Source of the DNA: an uncultured delta proteobacterium | Lineage (GTDB): Bacteria > Myxococcota_A > Polyangia > Haliangiales > Haliangiaceae | Direction of reading: 5' to 3' | NCBI GenBank assembly: GCA_963848295.1 | Contig: CAWKDB010000010.1 | Location: 3,776,001 to 3,840,000, forward strand | Length of the DNA: 64,000 nucleotides | In this document: one piece after another, positions 39,765 to 54,385 of the stretch | Numbering within the stretch: the first letter of the stretch is position 1 | How the letters are laid out: each line of letters starts with the position of its first letter | Made by a program: the position numbers and the translations under genes | The notes under the pieces: generated by a model | Told to the model about the DNA's origin: nothing | What the model saw: the letters and a program-made list of their open reading frames with translations, nothing else | Database searches by the model: none

Positions 39765-41174
39765 ATGAGTGAGCTCAAAGTCATAGGCCACGAGCCGATC
39801 AAGCACCTCAAGCCGCGGGTCGATCCGTCGACGCTGCATCACCGCCAGCTCCTCGACGGCGCGTTCTGGAAGCGCATTCCCGCGTATCGCGACGTCGACG
39901 AAGCGACGTTCCTCGACCACAGCTGGCAAGCGAAGCACTCGATCACGAACCCCGCGAAGTTGCTCGCTGCGGTTCAGGATCTCGTGCCGCAGGCGTTCTA
40001 CGACGACGTGATCGAAGGCTTCAAGCGGGCGCCGATGTCGATCCGCGTGTCGCCGTACTTGCTGTCGCTGATCGATTGGACCGATCCGTACAACGATCCG
40101 CTGCGCCGCCAGTTCGTGCCGGTCGCGTCGAAGCTGTTCCCCGATCATCCGAAGCTCACGCTCGACTCGCTGCACGAGCAAGCCGATGCGCCGGTCGCGG
40201 GCCTCACGCATCGCTACCCGGACAAGGCGCTGTTCCTCACGCTCGACACGTGTCCGGTGTACTGCCGATTTTGCACGCGCAGCTACGCGGTCGGGGTCGA
40301 TACCGACGAGGTCGAGAAGGTCTCGCTCAAGGCGACCGAAGACCGCTGGGCGCACGCGTTCCAGTACATCGGCGAGCGGATCGAGCTCGAGGACATCGTC
40401 GTGTCGGGCGGCGACAGTTATCAGCTCAAGGCGCGGCAGATCACGCTGATCGGCAACAAGCTGCTCGAGATGCCGAACATCCGGCGCATCCGGTTCGCGA
40501 CGAAGGGCCCGGCGGTGATGCCGATGAAGCTCATCACCGATACCGAATGGCTCGACGCGTTGACCGCCGTCGTCGAGCGCGGTCGCAAGCTGCACAAAGA
40601 AGTCGTGCTGCACACGCACTTCAACCATCCCAACGAGATCACCGCGATCACGAAGCGCGCGCTCGACGGCGTGTTCGAGCGTGGCATCATCACGCGCAAC
40701 CAATCGGTGTTGCAGCGCGGCGTCAACGACACGGTCGAGACGATGCAATTGCTCGTCAAGCGGCTCGGTCACTGCCAGGTCCATCCGTACTACGTCTACG
40801 TCCACGACCTCGTGAAGGGCGTCGAGGATCTGCGCACGACGCTGCAAACCGCGCTGGATATCGAGAAGGCCGTGCGCGGCGTGACCGCGGGCTTTCACAC
40901 GCCGACGTTCGTCGTCGACGCACCGGGCGGCGGCGGCAAGCGAGTCGCGCACAGCTTCGAGCACTACGATCGCGACACCGGGGTCTCGGTGTTCGCCGCG
41001 CCGTCGGTCAAGCCCGGGTTCTTTGTCTACTTCGATCCGGTCGATACGCTCGCGCCCGCGATCCAGCAGCGCTGGAAGGATCCGGCGGAGCAGCAGAAGA
41101 TGGTCGACTCGGCGATCGCGGCGGCGGAAGTGACGCGGCGCGAGACGGCACACGCGAGCTCCGTCCCGCACTGA
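39765..41174 (+). CDS. KamA-family radical SAM protein (lysine 2,3-aminomutase-like)
   Basis: LTHRYPDK, CPVYCRFCTR, SGGD, HFNHPNE, NQSVLQRGVND, PTFVVDAPGGGGK (PLP lysine). Confidence 0.9.
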   Translation: MSELKVIGHEPIKHLKPRVDPSTLHHRQLLDGAFWKRIPAYRDVDEATFLDHSWQAKHSITNPAKLLAAVQDLVPQAFYDDVIEGFKRAPMSIRVSPYLLSLIDWTDPYNDPLRRQFVPVASKLFPDHPKLTLDSLHEQADAPVAGLTHRYPDKALFLTLDTCPVYCRFCTRSYAVGVDTDEVEKVSLKATEDRWAHAFQYIGERIELEDIVVSGGDSYQLKARQITLIGNKLLEMPNIRRIRFATKGPAVMPMKLITDTEWLDALTAVVERGRKLHKEVVLHTHFNHPNEITAITKRALDGVFERGIITRNQSVLQRGVNDTVETMQLLVKRLGHCQVHPYYVYVHDLVKGVEDLRTTLQTALDIEKAVRGVTAGFHTPTFVVDAPGGGGKRVAHSFEHYDRDTGVSVFAAPSVKPGFFVYFDPVDTLAPAIQQRWKDPAEQQKMVDSAIAAAEVTRRETAHASSVPH

Positions 41175-41204
41175 CTTGTCACATCGTCGTGCTACGCGAT
41201 CGGG

Positions 41205-42404
41205 ATGACGATCTCGATCGGTACGGCCAAGAGTCCTCACGCGACGCGCGTCTTGATGCTCGGTTCCGGCGAGCTCGGCAAAGAGGTCGTGATCGAGCTC
41301 CAACGGTTCGGGGTCGAGGTGATCGCGTGCGATCGCTACGCCGATGCGCCGGCGATGCAGGTCGCTCATCGCAGCCATGTCTTCGACATGCTCGATCGCG
41401 CCGCGTTGCGCGCGGTGGTCGAACGCGAGAAGCCGCACCTGATCGTGCCGGAGATCGAGGCGATCGCGACGCCCGAGCTGGTGGCGCTCGAGGCCGAGGG
41501 CTGGACCGTGATCCCGACCGCAGAAGCAGCGCGGCTCACGATGGATCGCGAGGCGATCCGGCGAGTCGCGGCCGAGCAGCTCGATCTGCCGACCGCGCGC
41601 TATCAATTCGCCGACACGTTCGACGAGCTGCGCGCCGCATCGCGCGCGCTCGGTTGGCCGGTCGTGATCAAGCCGGTGATGAGCAGCTCGGGCAAGGGCC
41701 AATCGGTCGCCAAGAGCGAAGCCGACCTCGAGCACGGCTGGCAGTACGCGCAGACCGGCGGCCGGACCGGCGCCGGCCGCGTGATCGTCGAAGAGTTCAT
41801 CCAGTTCGATAGCGAGATCACGATGCTGACCGTGCGGTCGGCGAGCGGCACGGCGTTCTGCGATCCGATCGGCCATCGCCAGGTCGGCGGCGACTACGTC
41901 GAGAGCTGGCAACCGCACGCGATGACCGCACTCCAAGTCGAGCGCTCGCAGGCGATCGCGAAGCGGATCACCGATCGGCTCGGCGGTCGCGGCCTGTTCG
42001 GCGTCGAGCTATTCCTGTGCCCGGGCGACAAGGTCATGTTCAGCGAGGTCTCGCCGCGGCCGCACGACACCGGCATGGTCACGATGGCGACCCAGACGTG
42101 GAGCGAGTTCGCACTGCACGCCCGCGCGATCCTCGGCTTGCCGATCGCGGCGATCCGTCGCCACGCCGCGGGCGCGTCGGTCGCGCTGCGCGCGGACGCG
42201 AAGCTCGAGTCGCCGATGATCGAGGGCCTCGCCGAGGCGTATGCGGTGCCGGACATCGACGTTCGATTCTTCGCCAAGCCGACCGCGGGCCCGAAGCGCC
42301 GGCTCGGCGTGGTGCTCGCGACCGCCGCGACCGCGGAGGCCGCGCTCGCGAAGGCGAAGCAAGTCGCGGGGCTCGTCCGACTGCGCGACGCCAACGTCAA
42401 CTGA
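41205..42404 (+). CDS. purT: Formate-dependent phosphoribosylglycinamide formyltransferase
   Basis: [55 protein letters not shown]. Confidence 0.97.
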   Translation: MTISIGTAKSPHATRVLMLGSGELGKEVVIELQRFGVEVIACDRYADAPAMQVAHRSHVFDMLDRAALRAVVEREKPHLIVPEIEAIATPELVALEAEGWTVIPTAEAARLTMDREAIRRVAAEQLDLPTARYQFADTFDELRAASRALGWPVVIKPVMSSSGKGQSVAKSEADLEHGWQYAQTGGRTGAGRVIVEEFIQFDSEITMLTVRSASGTAFCDPIGHRQVGGDYVESWQPHAMTALQVERSQAIAKRITDRLGGRGLFGVELFLCPGDKVMFSEVSPRPHDTGMVTMATQTWSEFALHARAILGLPIAAIRRHAAGASVALRADAKLESPMIEGLAEAYAVPDIDVRFFAKPTAGPKRRLGVVLATAATAEAALAKAKQVAGLVRLRDANVN

Positions 42405-42490
42405 GCCCGTCCTCCGCTCCGCGGCGGAGCCGATCGCCGGGTCACATTCGCGGTTGTAGCGCACGTGTAACGTCTGTAGTGTCCGCGGCC

Positions 42491-43375
42491 ATGTCGCGCC
42501 TCGCCGTCGTCGTGCTCGTCACCAGCCTCGCTGCACCCGCATTCGCCGATGCGCCGATCATCGGCGGGACGATGGACTCGAACGATCCCGCCGTGGTGTT
42601 GCTCGCGGCGTACCCGTCGGACATGTCGACGTTATTCACGTGCACCGCCGTCGTGGTGTCGCCGGGTCACCTGCTGACCGCGGCGCATTGCCTCGATCAC
42701 GCCGGCTACACGTTCGGCGTGTACTACGGCGCCGATGCGTCGGCGTACTCGACGCTCGTCGAGCTCGCGCCGCAACTCTCGCCGATCACGGCGGTGCACA
42801 TGTATCCCGGCTATCAGACCGCATCGCCGTTCGAGGGCGATATCGGCGTCGCAGATCTCACGACCGCGACCGACGTCACGCCGATGATGTTCGAGCGCGC
42901 CGCGCCGACCGCGGATCTCGTCAACATGCCGGTGGAGATCGTCGGCTACGGCGAGACCGTCTATGGCACACCGAACCAGGTGCGCTATTCGGCCTCGACG
43001 ATCGTCGCCGCGCTCGACACCGGAGACACGATGCTGATCGGCGACGCCACCCACCGCACCTGCGTCGGCGACTCGGGCGGCCCGGCGATCTACGGCGGGC
43101 TCGTGCTCGGCATCGACTCGTACTCCGATACGACGGGCTGCGCCGATCCCTCGCACTTTCGGCGCACCGACATCTACGCCGCGTTCATCGACACCTACGC
43201 CGGCACCGGCGTGGTCGCAGACGACCTGCCGGTCGATATGCCGGAGGATGCCGGTACGACCGGTACCAAGCCCGGGTCGTCCGGCGGTTGCTCGACGACG
43301 GATGGCGGCGGTGCGGGCCTCGTGGTGGTCGGGATCGCGGCACTCCTCGCTCGCCGGCGTCGCGCGTCACGCTAA
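42491..43375 (+). CDS. Secreted trypsin-like (S1) serine protease with MYXO-CTERM-like tail
   Basis: IIGG, LTAAHC, GDIG, CVGDSGGP; C-terminal GGCSTT..LVVVGIAALLARRRR. Confidence 0.92.
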   Translation: MSRLAVVVLVTSLAAPAFADAPIIGGTMDSNDPAVVLLAAYPSDMSTLFTCTAVVVSPGHLLTAAHCLDHAGYTFGVYYGADASAYSTLVELAPQLSPITAVHMYPGYQTASPFEGDIGVADLTTATDVTPMMFERAAPTADLVNMPVEIVGYGETVYGTPNQVRYSASTIVAALDTGDTMLIGDATHRTCVGDSGGPAIYGGLVLGIDSYSDTTGCADPSHFRRTDIYAAFIDTYAGTGVVADDLPVDMPEDAGTTGTKPGSSGGCSTTDGGGAGLVVVGIAALLARRRRASR

Positions 43376-44019
43376 TCGCGACAGCACAACACGCCGTCTT
43401 GCGTGCTCCCTAGCGTGTTCGCACAGCCGTTGCCCTCCGGAGCGTTCTCTCGCGTCTCCCCCGGCCAGATCCCGTCTTTGCAGTCATTGTTCGTGTCGCA
43501 TCCGGCGCCACAACAAGCCGGCTGCGTGCAATCGACATCGAGCCCGGCGACACATTGCCACGCGCCGTTGTTGGGATACGTGCAGACCGTCGAATCCATC
43601 GAGCAATGGCTGACCGCCGCGACGTAGCTGCCGGGCAGCGCCGCGCACGCGTCGCCCGTGATCGCGTGCAGATCGGTGACATCGCCGCTGCTGCCGCAGA
43701 CGTGCCAGCCCGTCGAGCACGCATCGGCGGGCACGGCGCACGGTCCGAGGTCGTCGCCGCACGCGCCCCCGGTGGCCGGCGCGCGCAGATCGAGCGCGCC
43801 CGACCAGCTCGCCGCGCATGCCGCGATCGTCGGATCGGTGGCGATATCGGCGAGCCCCTCGCGCTGACCATCGGAGCACCCGATCGGATCGACGCCCGCG
43901 TCGATCGCGGCATCGACCGCGCCGTCGACCGCCGCATCGCTCCGGACCACCGCGGCATCGTGATGGAACGACTCCGGGCGGCAGCTCGCGATCAGCAGGA
44001 CCAGCAGCACCGCGCGCAT
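43372..44019 (-). CDS. Cysteine-rich lipoprotein
   Basis: MRAVLLVLLIASC lipobox; DA-rich linker; many Cys (GCSDGQREG, CSTGWHVC, GVLCC). Confidence 0.7.
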   Translation of the reverse strand: MRAVLLVLLIASCRPESFHHDAAVVRSDAAVDGAVDAAIDAGVDPIGCSDGQREGLADIATDPTIAACAASWSGALDLRAPATGGACGDDLGPCAVPADACSTGWHVCGSSGDVTDLHAITGDACAALPGSYVAAVSHCSMDSTVCTYPNNGAWQCVAGLDVDCTQPACCGAGCDTNNDCKDGIWPGETRENAPEGNGCANTLGSTQDGVLCCRD

Positions 44020-44058
44020 CGCTACATGGTAGCGCGGGCCGGGCGCAAGCGAGAGCGG

Positions 44059-44784
44059 CTAGACTTCTTCGATCACGAATCGACCGCCGCGCCTGCGAAC
44101 CGCGTAGTGACGCGGCCCCGGCTGCGACCGATAGCCGCCGCGGTCGTAGGAATATTGCTGCGCCATCATCCGCGCGAGCATCCGTTCGCGGCTCGCGAGC
44201 AACCACAAGAACGGGGCGAGCACGAGCAGCTGGTACGCACCCATCAGGCCGACCACGGCGAAGCCGACGGCGACGACGCGCGACACCGTCACCGAGACGT
44301 CGGTCGCGCGCACGTAGTCGAGCTTGCGCGTGAGCAGGGCGCGGAGAATTCGCCCGCCGTCCATCGGCAGCGCCGGAATCAGGTTGAACCCGGCGATCAC
44401 GAGGTTGATCCAGCCGATCAGCGCGAACAGCGGGAAGTGAGTCAAGGCGGCGAGGCCGAGACCGGCACCGCCGAGCGCGAGCGAGACCGCAGGGCCCGCC
44501 GCGGCGATCATCAGCTCGTCGTGGGCGCGGTTCGGCGCCTGGACCATCTTCGCGGCACCACCGAAGAACGACAGCTCGATGCCCGAGACATAAACGTTCA
44601 GCTTGCGCGCGACGAGGGCGTGGCCGAGCTCGTGGAGCAGCACGGACGCGAACGCGAGCAGGACGATCAACAGGCCGGACAGCCCGCCGAACGCGAGCAG
44701 CACGACCGCGAGCAGGATCAAGAAGCTTGCGTTGATCTCGATGGGGAACCCGAACAGCGTCCCCAGTCGCCAAGATTTGAGCAT
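44059..44784 (-). CDS. Site-2 protease (M50, SpoIVFB-like)
   Basis: HELGH, FFGG, AGP, NLIPALPMDGGR; TM helices. Confidence 0.93.
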   Translation of the reverse strand: MLKSWRLGTLFGFPIEINASFLILLAVVLLAFGGLSGLLIVLLAFASVLLHELGHALVARKLNVYVSGIELSFFGGAAKMVQAPNRAHDELMIAAAGPAVSLALGGAGLGLAALTHFPLFALIGWINLVIAGFNLIPALPMDGGRILRALLTRKLDYVRATDVSVTVSRVVAVGFAVVGLMGAYQLLVLAPFLWLLASRERMLARMMAQQYSYDRGGYRSQPGPRHYAVRRRGGRFVIEEV

Positions 44785-44936
44785 GCGTACAAACTGCGCA
44801 CGCATTGTGAGTTGTCAAACACTCGGCGAGCTGCCCGAACAGGTGGGCGAACCTCGGATCCACTCGAGCAACCTGGCCGGACGTTGCTCGGCGTCGAGCG
44901 TTGTACGTCTACTCGGGCAGGGTATAACCGCCGCCC

Positions 44937-46616
<1,680 letters not shown>

Positions 46617-46622
46617 CGTGCT

Positions 46623-47381
46623 CTACGGCTCGTGCTTCACCGGATGGAGCACGACGTCGGCGACGATCGGCCGATGATCGCTGGCGCGGCGAGCGAGCTC
46701 CGAATCGCAGCGCGACAGCCCGAGATAGTCGACCGCGCCGCGGACGAAGATCGCATCGAGCGCGCGCAGCGGCCCCCACGCCGGGAACGTGCGCGGTCGC
46801 TTGAGGATGCCGCGAAACCCTGCCGGCTCGAGGAGCTCACCGAGCCCGCCGTAGACATCGTTGAGGTCGCCGCCGACGACGACCGGCGTGTCGTGATGCA
46901 ACGTCTGGAACGGGTGCGAGTCGAGGAACCTCGCGAGCTGGATCCGGCGCTCGTAGCGGGCGAGTCCGAGGTGCATGTTGTAGACGTGGACGGTGCGGTC
47001 GATCTCTTGCCCACCGGGGGTGTGTTGGCGAACGCGGATCACGCCATGGACGACGCTGCGCTTCTTCCTGAACCGCAACGACAGATCGATGTTCGAGCTC
47101 TCGATGATCGGGTAGCGACTTAGTACCGCGTTGCCGTAGTGACCGCCGCCGCGGACGTCGACGTTCGGATACCAGGTGCGATAGCGCATGCCGAGCATGT
47201 CACCGAGCACGTCGACTTGGTGGTCGTGGTTGGACCGCGGTGCCCCGGCGTCGACCTCTTGGAGCAACAGCACGTCGGCGTCGAGCCGGCGGATCACGTC
47301 CGCGATCCGCATCGGCTCGTAGCGGCGGTCGAGACCGCCGATGCACTTGTGGATGTTGTAGCTGAGCACGCGTAGCTTCAC
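46623..47381 (-). CDS. Endonuclease/exonuclease/phosphatase family protein
   Basis: [35 protein letters not shown]. Confidence 0.92.
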   Translation of the reverse strand: MKLRVLSYNIHKCIGGLDRRYEPMRIADVIRRLDADVLLLQEVDAGAPRSNHDHQVDVLGDMLGMRYRTWYPNVDVRGGGHYGNAVLSRYPIIESSNIDLSLRFRKKRSVVHGVIRVRQHTPGGQEIDRTVHVYNMHLGLARYERRIQLARFLDSHPFQTLHHDTPVVVGGDLNDVYGGLGELLEPAGFRGILKRPRTFPAWGPLRALDAIFVRGAVDYLGLSRCDSELARRASDHRPIVADVVLHPVKHEP

Positions 47382-49552
47382 GACGCGCGCTCCTCGAGCG
47401 GCGGCTGGAACTGCGCGACGACCAGGGTCTCATCGTCGTCGCGCAAGCGCCCCGCGCGGTGGGCGGCAACCGCGGCGTGCACGAGCTCGTGGACCTGCCC
47501 GGGCGTGCAGTGGCCGCGATCGATGCGCCGCAGCAGTCGTTGCAGTCCGCGATCGCCAAATGGCTTGCCGTCCGGGTTTTGCGCCTCCACCACGCCGTCC
47601 GTATACCAAACGATCAGATCTCCTGCTCGGAGCGTTTTCTCCTGCACCTTCGGCGGGACGACGTTGCCACTGCCGAGCAAGTTGCCGCGCGCGACGAGGG
47701 CAACGAGCTCGACGTCAGCCCGGTCATTACCATCGGGGCGACGGCACACGTACGGCGTCGTGTGGCCGCACGATACGAACGCGAGTGCGCGCGTCGCCGG
47801 GTCGAAGAGCGCCGCCGCGCACGTCATCGACAGCTGGCCGCCGCCGACGCGATGGACCGCGGCGTCGAGCGAGCGGATCAGGTCGCCGAGCGCGAGCGCG
47901 GTGCCGAAGCGCCGCACCGCGACATCGCACGCGCCGACCGCCGCGGCCGTCACCATCGCCGACGCGACGCCGTGGCCGGTGACATCTCCGATCGCGACGA
48001 GCACGCGGCCATCGCCGAGCGCGAACGCGCCCCAGAAATCACCGGCGCAGCGCGTCGCCGGCAGCCACGAGCCGATCAGCGTCAGATCGCCGTGAACGTG
48101 CGGACCACCACCCGGCAACAGCTCCTTCTGCACCGTCGCGGCGAGCTCGACCTCTCGCGCGATCGCCGCTCGTTCGGCGGCCCGCTGCGCCATCCGAGCG
48201 TAGACCAAGGCTTCGCCCAACCGATCGCACGCGCTCGCCAGGAACTGTAGCTCGCGGCCGCGCAACCGGCGCGTTCGCGACGGCACCATCACGAGCGCGA
48301 CGAGCTCGTCACCGGAGCGCACCGCCATCATCGGTCGCGCGCTATGGCGCTCGAACAAGGCCGCGAGCATCGCGCGTAGGTCCTCGGGGGCACGCGTCTC
48401 GATCTCGTTGCCGAAAATCGGCGTGGTCTGCTCGACGAGCCAGCCGACGAGCAACGGATCGGGGGCATCGGCGTCGTCCACGCGTGCGCCGGTCTCGGTC
48501 GTCCACCCCCAGTCTTCCGCGGCAGCGAGCAAGATGTGAGGCCGCGCGCCGAGACCGAGCTCGATGACATCGATCGCGAGCCGTGCGACCTCGGTCTCCG
48601 CGGTGAGCGAGCGCGCTCGGGCGACGAGCTGCGCGAGGAGCCGGTCGAGCGTACCCTCGCCACCACGGGCGCCGCGCGAGATCAGCGAGAACACCGCGAT
48701 CGTGACTCGCACCGCGCCGAAGCTGAGCACGAGCCCGATCGTGGTCACCCACCACGGTAGCGTCCGGCCGAGCGTCGACAGCACGACCGAGCCGAGCACG
48801 AGCCCGCCCGCGAAGTGCAGCACGAGCAACGGCGCCCGGGTGTCGACCGCCCGGACCCGCAGCAGGTCATCCACGACGAGCGCGCGCACTACAAGCAAGC
48901 TGCCAATACCGGACAGCAGCCAGCCGGCCGGGAACACGCCGACGTGATACGCGAGCAAGACGTCGGTCAGCCCGGCGTAGGTGACGAGGTTCGCGAGCAG
49001 CGTCGCTCGCAACTGGCGACGCTCGTCGGACGGCGGTCGAGTGAGCGATGCGTTCGTCAGCGCGAGGAAGCTCGGCAACGACGTCAGGAACGTCGTTAGC
49101 AGCGCGAGGTACGCCCACGGCCCGACTTCGGCGTACCAGAACCCCGCGGGCAGCCAGCGCACGCCGGTGACGACCCTGTCGGTGGTGGCGCTGATGACGA
49201 TCCACACGACGGCGATCCCGACCGCGGCCCACACCGCGATCCGGCCACGGCGCTCGCCGAGCAACGCGAGCTGGAACCCCGCGCCGGTCGCCGCTGCGAG
49301 CGGAACGAACGCGGCGCCGAGCTTGAACAGCGCGGTCGCGGCTACCGGGGACGTGATCGAAGGCGATAACGCCATCGCGATCGAATAGGGAAACAGCGAC
49401 GCGAAGTGGAGCGACAGCCACAGGCGAAGCTGAGGCGCGCCGCGCATGACCAGCGCATACGCGATCACCATCGACATCGCGGCGGGAGCGAACGCGAACG
49501 GCAACGACAGCAGGTGCGGCTCGTAGCTCGTGCTCGACCACAGCTCCTGCAT
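47378..49552 (-). CDS. Multi-TM sensor + GAF-like + SpoIIE/PP2C phosphatase
   Basis: About 9 TM helices; AGDFW, GDVTGHG, SCGH, YTDG, DDET. Confidence 0.88.
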   Translation of the reverse strand: MQELWSSTSYEPHLLSLPFAFAPAAMSMVIAYALVMRGAPQLRLWLSLHFASLFPYSIAMALSPSITSPVAATALFKLGAAFVPLAAATGAGFQLALLGERRGRIAVWAAVGIAVVWIVISATTDRVVTGVRWLPAGFWYAEVGPWAYLALLTTFLTSLPSFLALTNASLTRPPSDERRQLRATLLANLVTYAGLTDVLLAYHVGVFPAGWLLSGIGSLLVVRALVVDDLLRVRAVDTRAPLLVLHFAGGLVLGSVVLSTLGRTLPWWVTTIGLVLSFGAVRVTIAVFSLISRGARGGEGTLDRLLAQLVARARSLTAETEVARLAIDVIELGLGARPHILLAAAEDWGWTTETGARVDDADAPDPLLVGWLVEQTTPIFGNEIETRAPEDLRAMLAALFERHSARPMMAVRSGDELVALVMVPSRTRRLRGRELQFLASACDRLGEALVYARMAQRAAERAAIAREVELAATVQKELLPGGGPHVHGDLTLIGSWLPATRCAGDFWGAFALGDGRVLVAIGDVTGHGVASAMVTAAAVGACDVAVRRFGTALALGDLIRSLDAAVHRVGGGQLSMTCAAALFDPATRALAFVSCGHTTPYVCRRPDGNDRADVELVALVARGNLLGSGNVVPPKVQEKTLRAGDLIVWYTDGVVEAQNPDGKPFGDRGLQRLLRRIDRGHCTPGQVHELVHAAVAAHRAGRLRDDDETLVVAQFQPPLEERAS

Positions 49553-49715
49553 CGCAGCGGCGAGCTTATCTCGGCTACGGCAACGCGGCGAATCCGAACG
49601 AGTCGACCGCAAGCGCGGCGCGAGCCTCATGGCGAGGCGTCAACACACCCGGCGCGAGGCGGATTGCTACGTTGTCGTTAACGCGGCGCGAGCTCTTCGG
49701 CTAGACTAGGGTCGC

Positions 49716-51291
<1,576 letters not shown>

Positions 51292-51305
51292 GCTTCGCGA
51301 CCGGG

Positions 51306-52877
51306 CTACGGGCACGCGACGAGCGGCGTGAGCGGCGAGAACACGTAGCCGGTGCCGGAGAACGTGTCGGCGTCGGTCATCGCTTGATCGAGCGTCGCCT
51401 TGATCTGCGCGTAGGTCTGGTTCAGCTTGTTCGCCGTATCGGTCGTGGCGACGCACAGGAACTTCGGCGTGCCGCACGCGTCGAAGGTCTCGCAGCCGGG
51501 CGCGACCGGCGCGGCCGGCTCGAGCACGGAGTCGCCGTAGAGCACGACACCGTCGACCATCGTCAGCCGCACTTGCGCCGGATGCGCCGCGAGGATCGCG
51601 CCATACGGATCCGCGGGGTTGCCGGCGTAGACCGAGAGGTCGGCGCGGTGGCCGACCGCGACTTGGCCGAGGGTGTCGTCGAGCGCGAGCACCTGGGCGG
51701 CGTGGCGCGTCGCCATCACGACGAGGTCTTGCGCGGTCAGCCGGCCCGCCCAGTGGTCGTGACTCCACTGGAGGCCGAACCGCAGCTCGTCGAGTAGGTT
51801 CGGGCTGCCACCCATCGACCAATCGGGCGCGATCGCGACGGTCACGCCGGCATCGAGCGCGGTCGGGATGTCCGCGGTCACGCCATACAATGTGGAGTTC
51901 GATTGCGGCGACCAGATCAGCTTCATGCCGTCGGTCGCCATCGTCGCGAAGTCGGCGGCGGTGAACGCGACGCCGTGGGTGATCGCGGTTTGCGGCGCGT
52001 ACAGGCAATTCGCCGGCGTCGTCATCGACCCGAGTTGCGCGAGCTCGCCCGCCGCCTTCGGGTCATCGCCTTCGCCGACGTGGATGAGATACGCGTCGGT
52101 CTTGCCGCTCGCAAAGTTCGTGCACACCGTCGACGGGCTGGATGGCGGGAACAACGCGCTCGTCTGGATCTTGTCCTGGCCGAGCCCGTTCTGCGCGGCA
52201 TCGACCGAGCGGGCGAGCGAGCCGAAGCACTCCGCGGTGGTACCGGCGAGGCCGACGATGCTCGTCGTGCCGGCGATCAAGCCCTTGAGCTCGCCCCACT
52301 TGTCGACCTCGCAGCGCAGGCTGCCGGCTGCCGTGCCGTAGGTGGTCATCGCGCACCACGCCGGCTTGCCCTGCGCATCGTCGACGATGCACTGCTTGAC
52401 ATCGAGCATCGCCATGTACTTCGGTTCGGCCGGCCACTGATCGTGATCTTGATAGATCTGGGCGGGTGCCCAATCGTCGTTGTCGAACACGTCGAACAGG
52501 ATGTGGTTGTGCGTGTCGATCAGGCCGGGCGCGATGATGCCCTTGGTGTCGATGATCGTCGCGCCGGTCGCGCCCGGCATCGCGTCGCAGCCGGTATCCG
52601 GAGCGACGCACGTGATCATGTTGCCTTCGACCAGCACCTCGCCATCGATCACGACCTCCGGGGTCACGATCGTGCCGTGCAACACGATCCGATCCGCGGC
52701 GCCGACCGTGATCGTCGGATCGGGCCCGGTGTACGCGTCGGGACCTCCCGACGTATCGACCGGCGTGTCGAGCCGGCCGTCGAACGGTCCGCTGAACGGC
52801 GGGCTCGTCGGTCCGCGGCAACCGATGTCCGGTATTGCAGCGATGCCAATAGCGAGCGACGCCCGGACGGCATTCAC
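51306..52877 (-). CDS. Amidohydrolase superfamily protein, probably exported
   Basis: PGLIDTHNH, GTTS, IHVGEG, ITHG, APDW, GHRADL; start uncertain (52877-52946). Confidence 0.85.
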   Translation of the reverse strand: MNAVRASLAIGIAAIPDIGCRGPTSPPFSGPFDGRLDTPVDTSGGPDAYTGPDPTITVGAADRIVLHGTIVTPEVVIDGEVLVEGNMITCVAPDTGCDAMPGATGATIIDTKGIIAPGLIDTHNHILFDVFDNDDWAPAQIYQDHDQWPAEPKYMAMLDVKQCIVDDAQGKPAWCAMTTYGTAAGSLRCEVDKWGELKGLIAGTTSIVGLAGTTAECFGSLARSVDAAQNGLGQDKIQTSALFPPSSPSTVCTNFASGKTDAYLIHVGEGDDPKAAGELAQLGSMTTPANCLYAPQTAITHGVAFTAADFATMATDGMKLIWSPQSNSTLYGVTADIPTALDAGVTVAIAPDWSMGGSPNLLDELRFGLQWSHDHWAGRLTAQDLVVMATRHAAQVLALDDTLGQVAVGHRADLSVYAGNPADPYGAILAAHPAQVRLTMVDGVVLYGDSVLEPAAPVAPGCETFDACGTPKFLCVATTDTANKLNQTYAQIKATLDQAMTDADTFSGTGYVFSPLTPLVACP

Positions 52878-52993
52878 GAGTGCCCCCCGGACAAGCTTGA
52901 TGCCCACGATATGACCGTACAGCAGCTCGTCGGACGATGGTGGCAAATCGCCCCGCTTGCTCCAGGCCCCTGCGAAGACTACGTTCCCAGCCC

Positions 52994-54385
52994 ATGCGCA
53001 CCCTGCTCGCCCTCGCGCTCGTCGTGACCACCGCGTCCCCGGTGCTTGCCGACGGCGATCCCGCCATCGAATTCGAACGCTTCAAGCTCCCGAACGGGCT
53101 CGAAGTGATCCTCGCTCCCGACTCGAGCGTGCCGCTCGTCGCGGTCGACGTCTGGTACCACGTCGGTTCGGGTTACGAGGTCGCGGGTAAGAGTGGGTTC
53201 GCCCATCTGTTCGAGCACATGATGTTCCAGGGCTCGAAGAACGTCGGCGAGGATCGCCACTTCCCGATCCTCAAGAAGCTCGGGGCCGAACAGATCAACG
53301 GCACGACGAACACCGACCGCACGAACTACTACGAAGTCGTGCCCGCGAACCAGCTCGAGACCGCGCTGTGGCTCGAGAGCGATCGGATGAGCCATCTGCT
53401 CGAGCTGCTAACGCCCGAGAGCCTGCACAACCAGATCGACGTCGTGCGCAACGAGAAGCGCCAGCGCTACGACAACCGGCCGTACACGAAGGCGCTGTTC
53501 GCCGAGTACGCCGCGCTCTATCCCGAAGGTCATCCATATCGCTATCTGACGATCGGCAAGCACGAGGATCTGGTCGGCGCGTCGATCGATGACGTCAAGA
53601 AGTTCTTCCGGACCTGGTACGTCCCGGCGAACGCGACGATCGCGATCGTCGGCGACTTCGATCCGAAGACCGCGCGCGACCTCGTGACGAAGTGGTTCGG
53701 GACGTTCCCGACGAGCCGGAAGCCGACCGTGCTGCACGTTCCCGCGCCGACCGTCGCGGCGAAGACGATCGAGGTCACCGACGATCAATTCGCGAAGCTC
53801 GGCCAGATCACGTTCGCCTGGCACTCGCCCGCGAACTTCGGCGACGGCGATGCGGAGCTCGACATCGTCGGGGCAGCCTTGGCCCGCGAAGGCATTGGCC
53901 GGCTGTACAAGAAGCTGGTCTATGACGAGCCGCTCGCCCAGAACATCGACGCCGGCCAGGACGGCATGACGTTTTCGGGCGTGTTCTCGATCACGGTGCA
54001 GCTCCGCACCGGCGCCGACATCGAGAGGGTCAAGAAGATCGTCACCGACGAGGTCGCGCGGCTCACCCGCGAGAACGTGACCGCCGAAGACATCGATCGG
54101 TTCGTCGCCTACAAAGAAGCAGACACGATCCACAAGCTCGAATCGGTGTTCGGCAAGGCGCAGCGGCTCCAGGAGTACAACCACTTCCTCGGCGCACCCG
54201 ACAAGATCACGTGGGACCTCGACCGTTATCGCAAGACCACACCGGACAAGATCCGCGCGACCGTCGCCCGCTACCTGTCGCCCGACCACATGATCACGAT
54301 CGTCACGACGCCGATGGCCGGCGAGCATCACGGTCACGAAGGCCACAAGCACGACGACGCCGCGCACGGCGGAGGTGGCCAATGA
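52994..54385 (+). CDS. M16 family zinc peptidase, catalytic subunit, exported
   Basis: Signal peptide; GFAHLFEHMMFQGS (HxxEH), NGTT..DRTNYYE, LESDRM; His-rich tail. Confidence 0.95.
   Translation: MRTLLALALVVTTASPVLADGDPAIEFERFKLPNGLEVILAPDSSVPLVAVDVWYHVGSGYEVAGKSGFAHLFEHMMFQGSKNVGEDRHFPILKKLGAEQINGTTNTDRTNYYEVVPANQLETALWLESDRMSHLLELLTPESLHNQIDVVRNEKRQRYDNRPYTKALFAEYAALYPEGHPYRYLTIGKHEDLVGASIDDVKKFFRTWYVPANATIAIVGDFDPKTARDLVTKWFGTFPTSRKPTVLHVPAPTVAAKTIEVTDDQFAKLGQITFAWHSPANFGDGDAELDIVGAALAREGIGRLYKKLVYDEPLAQNIDAGQDGMTFSGVFSITVQLRTGADIERVKKIVTDEVARLTRENVTAEDIDRFVAYKEADTIHKLESVFGKAQRLQEYNHFLGAPDKITWDLDRYRKTTPDKIRATVARYLSPDHMITIVTTPMAGEHHGHEGHKHDDAAHGGGGQ

Noticed and set aside
42416..42430. 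GC hairpin after purT as an intrinsic terminator
   Set aside because: No U-tract; short GC hairpins are common by chance at this composition
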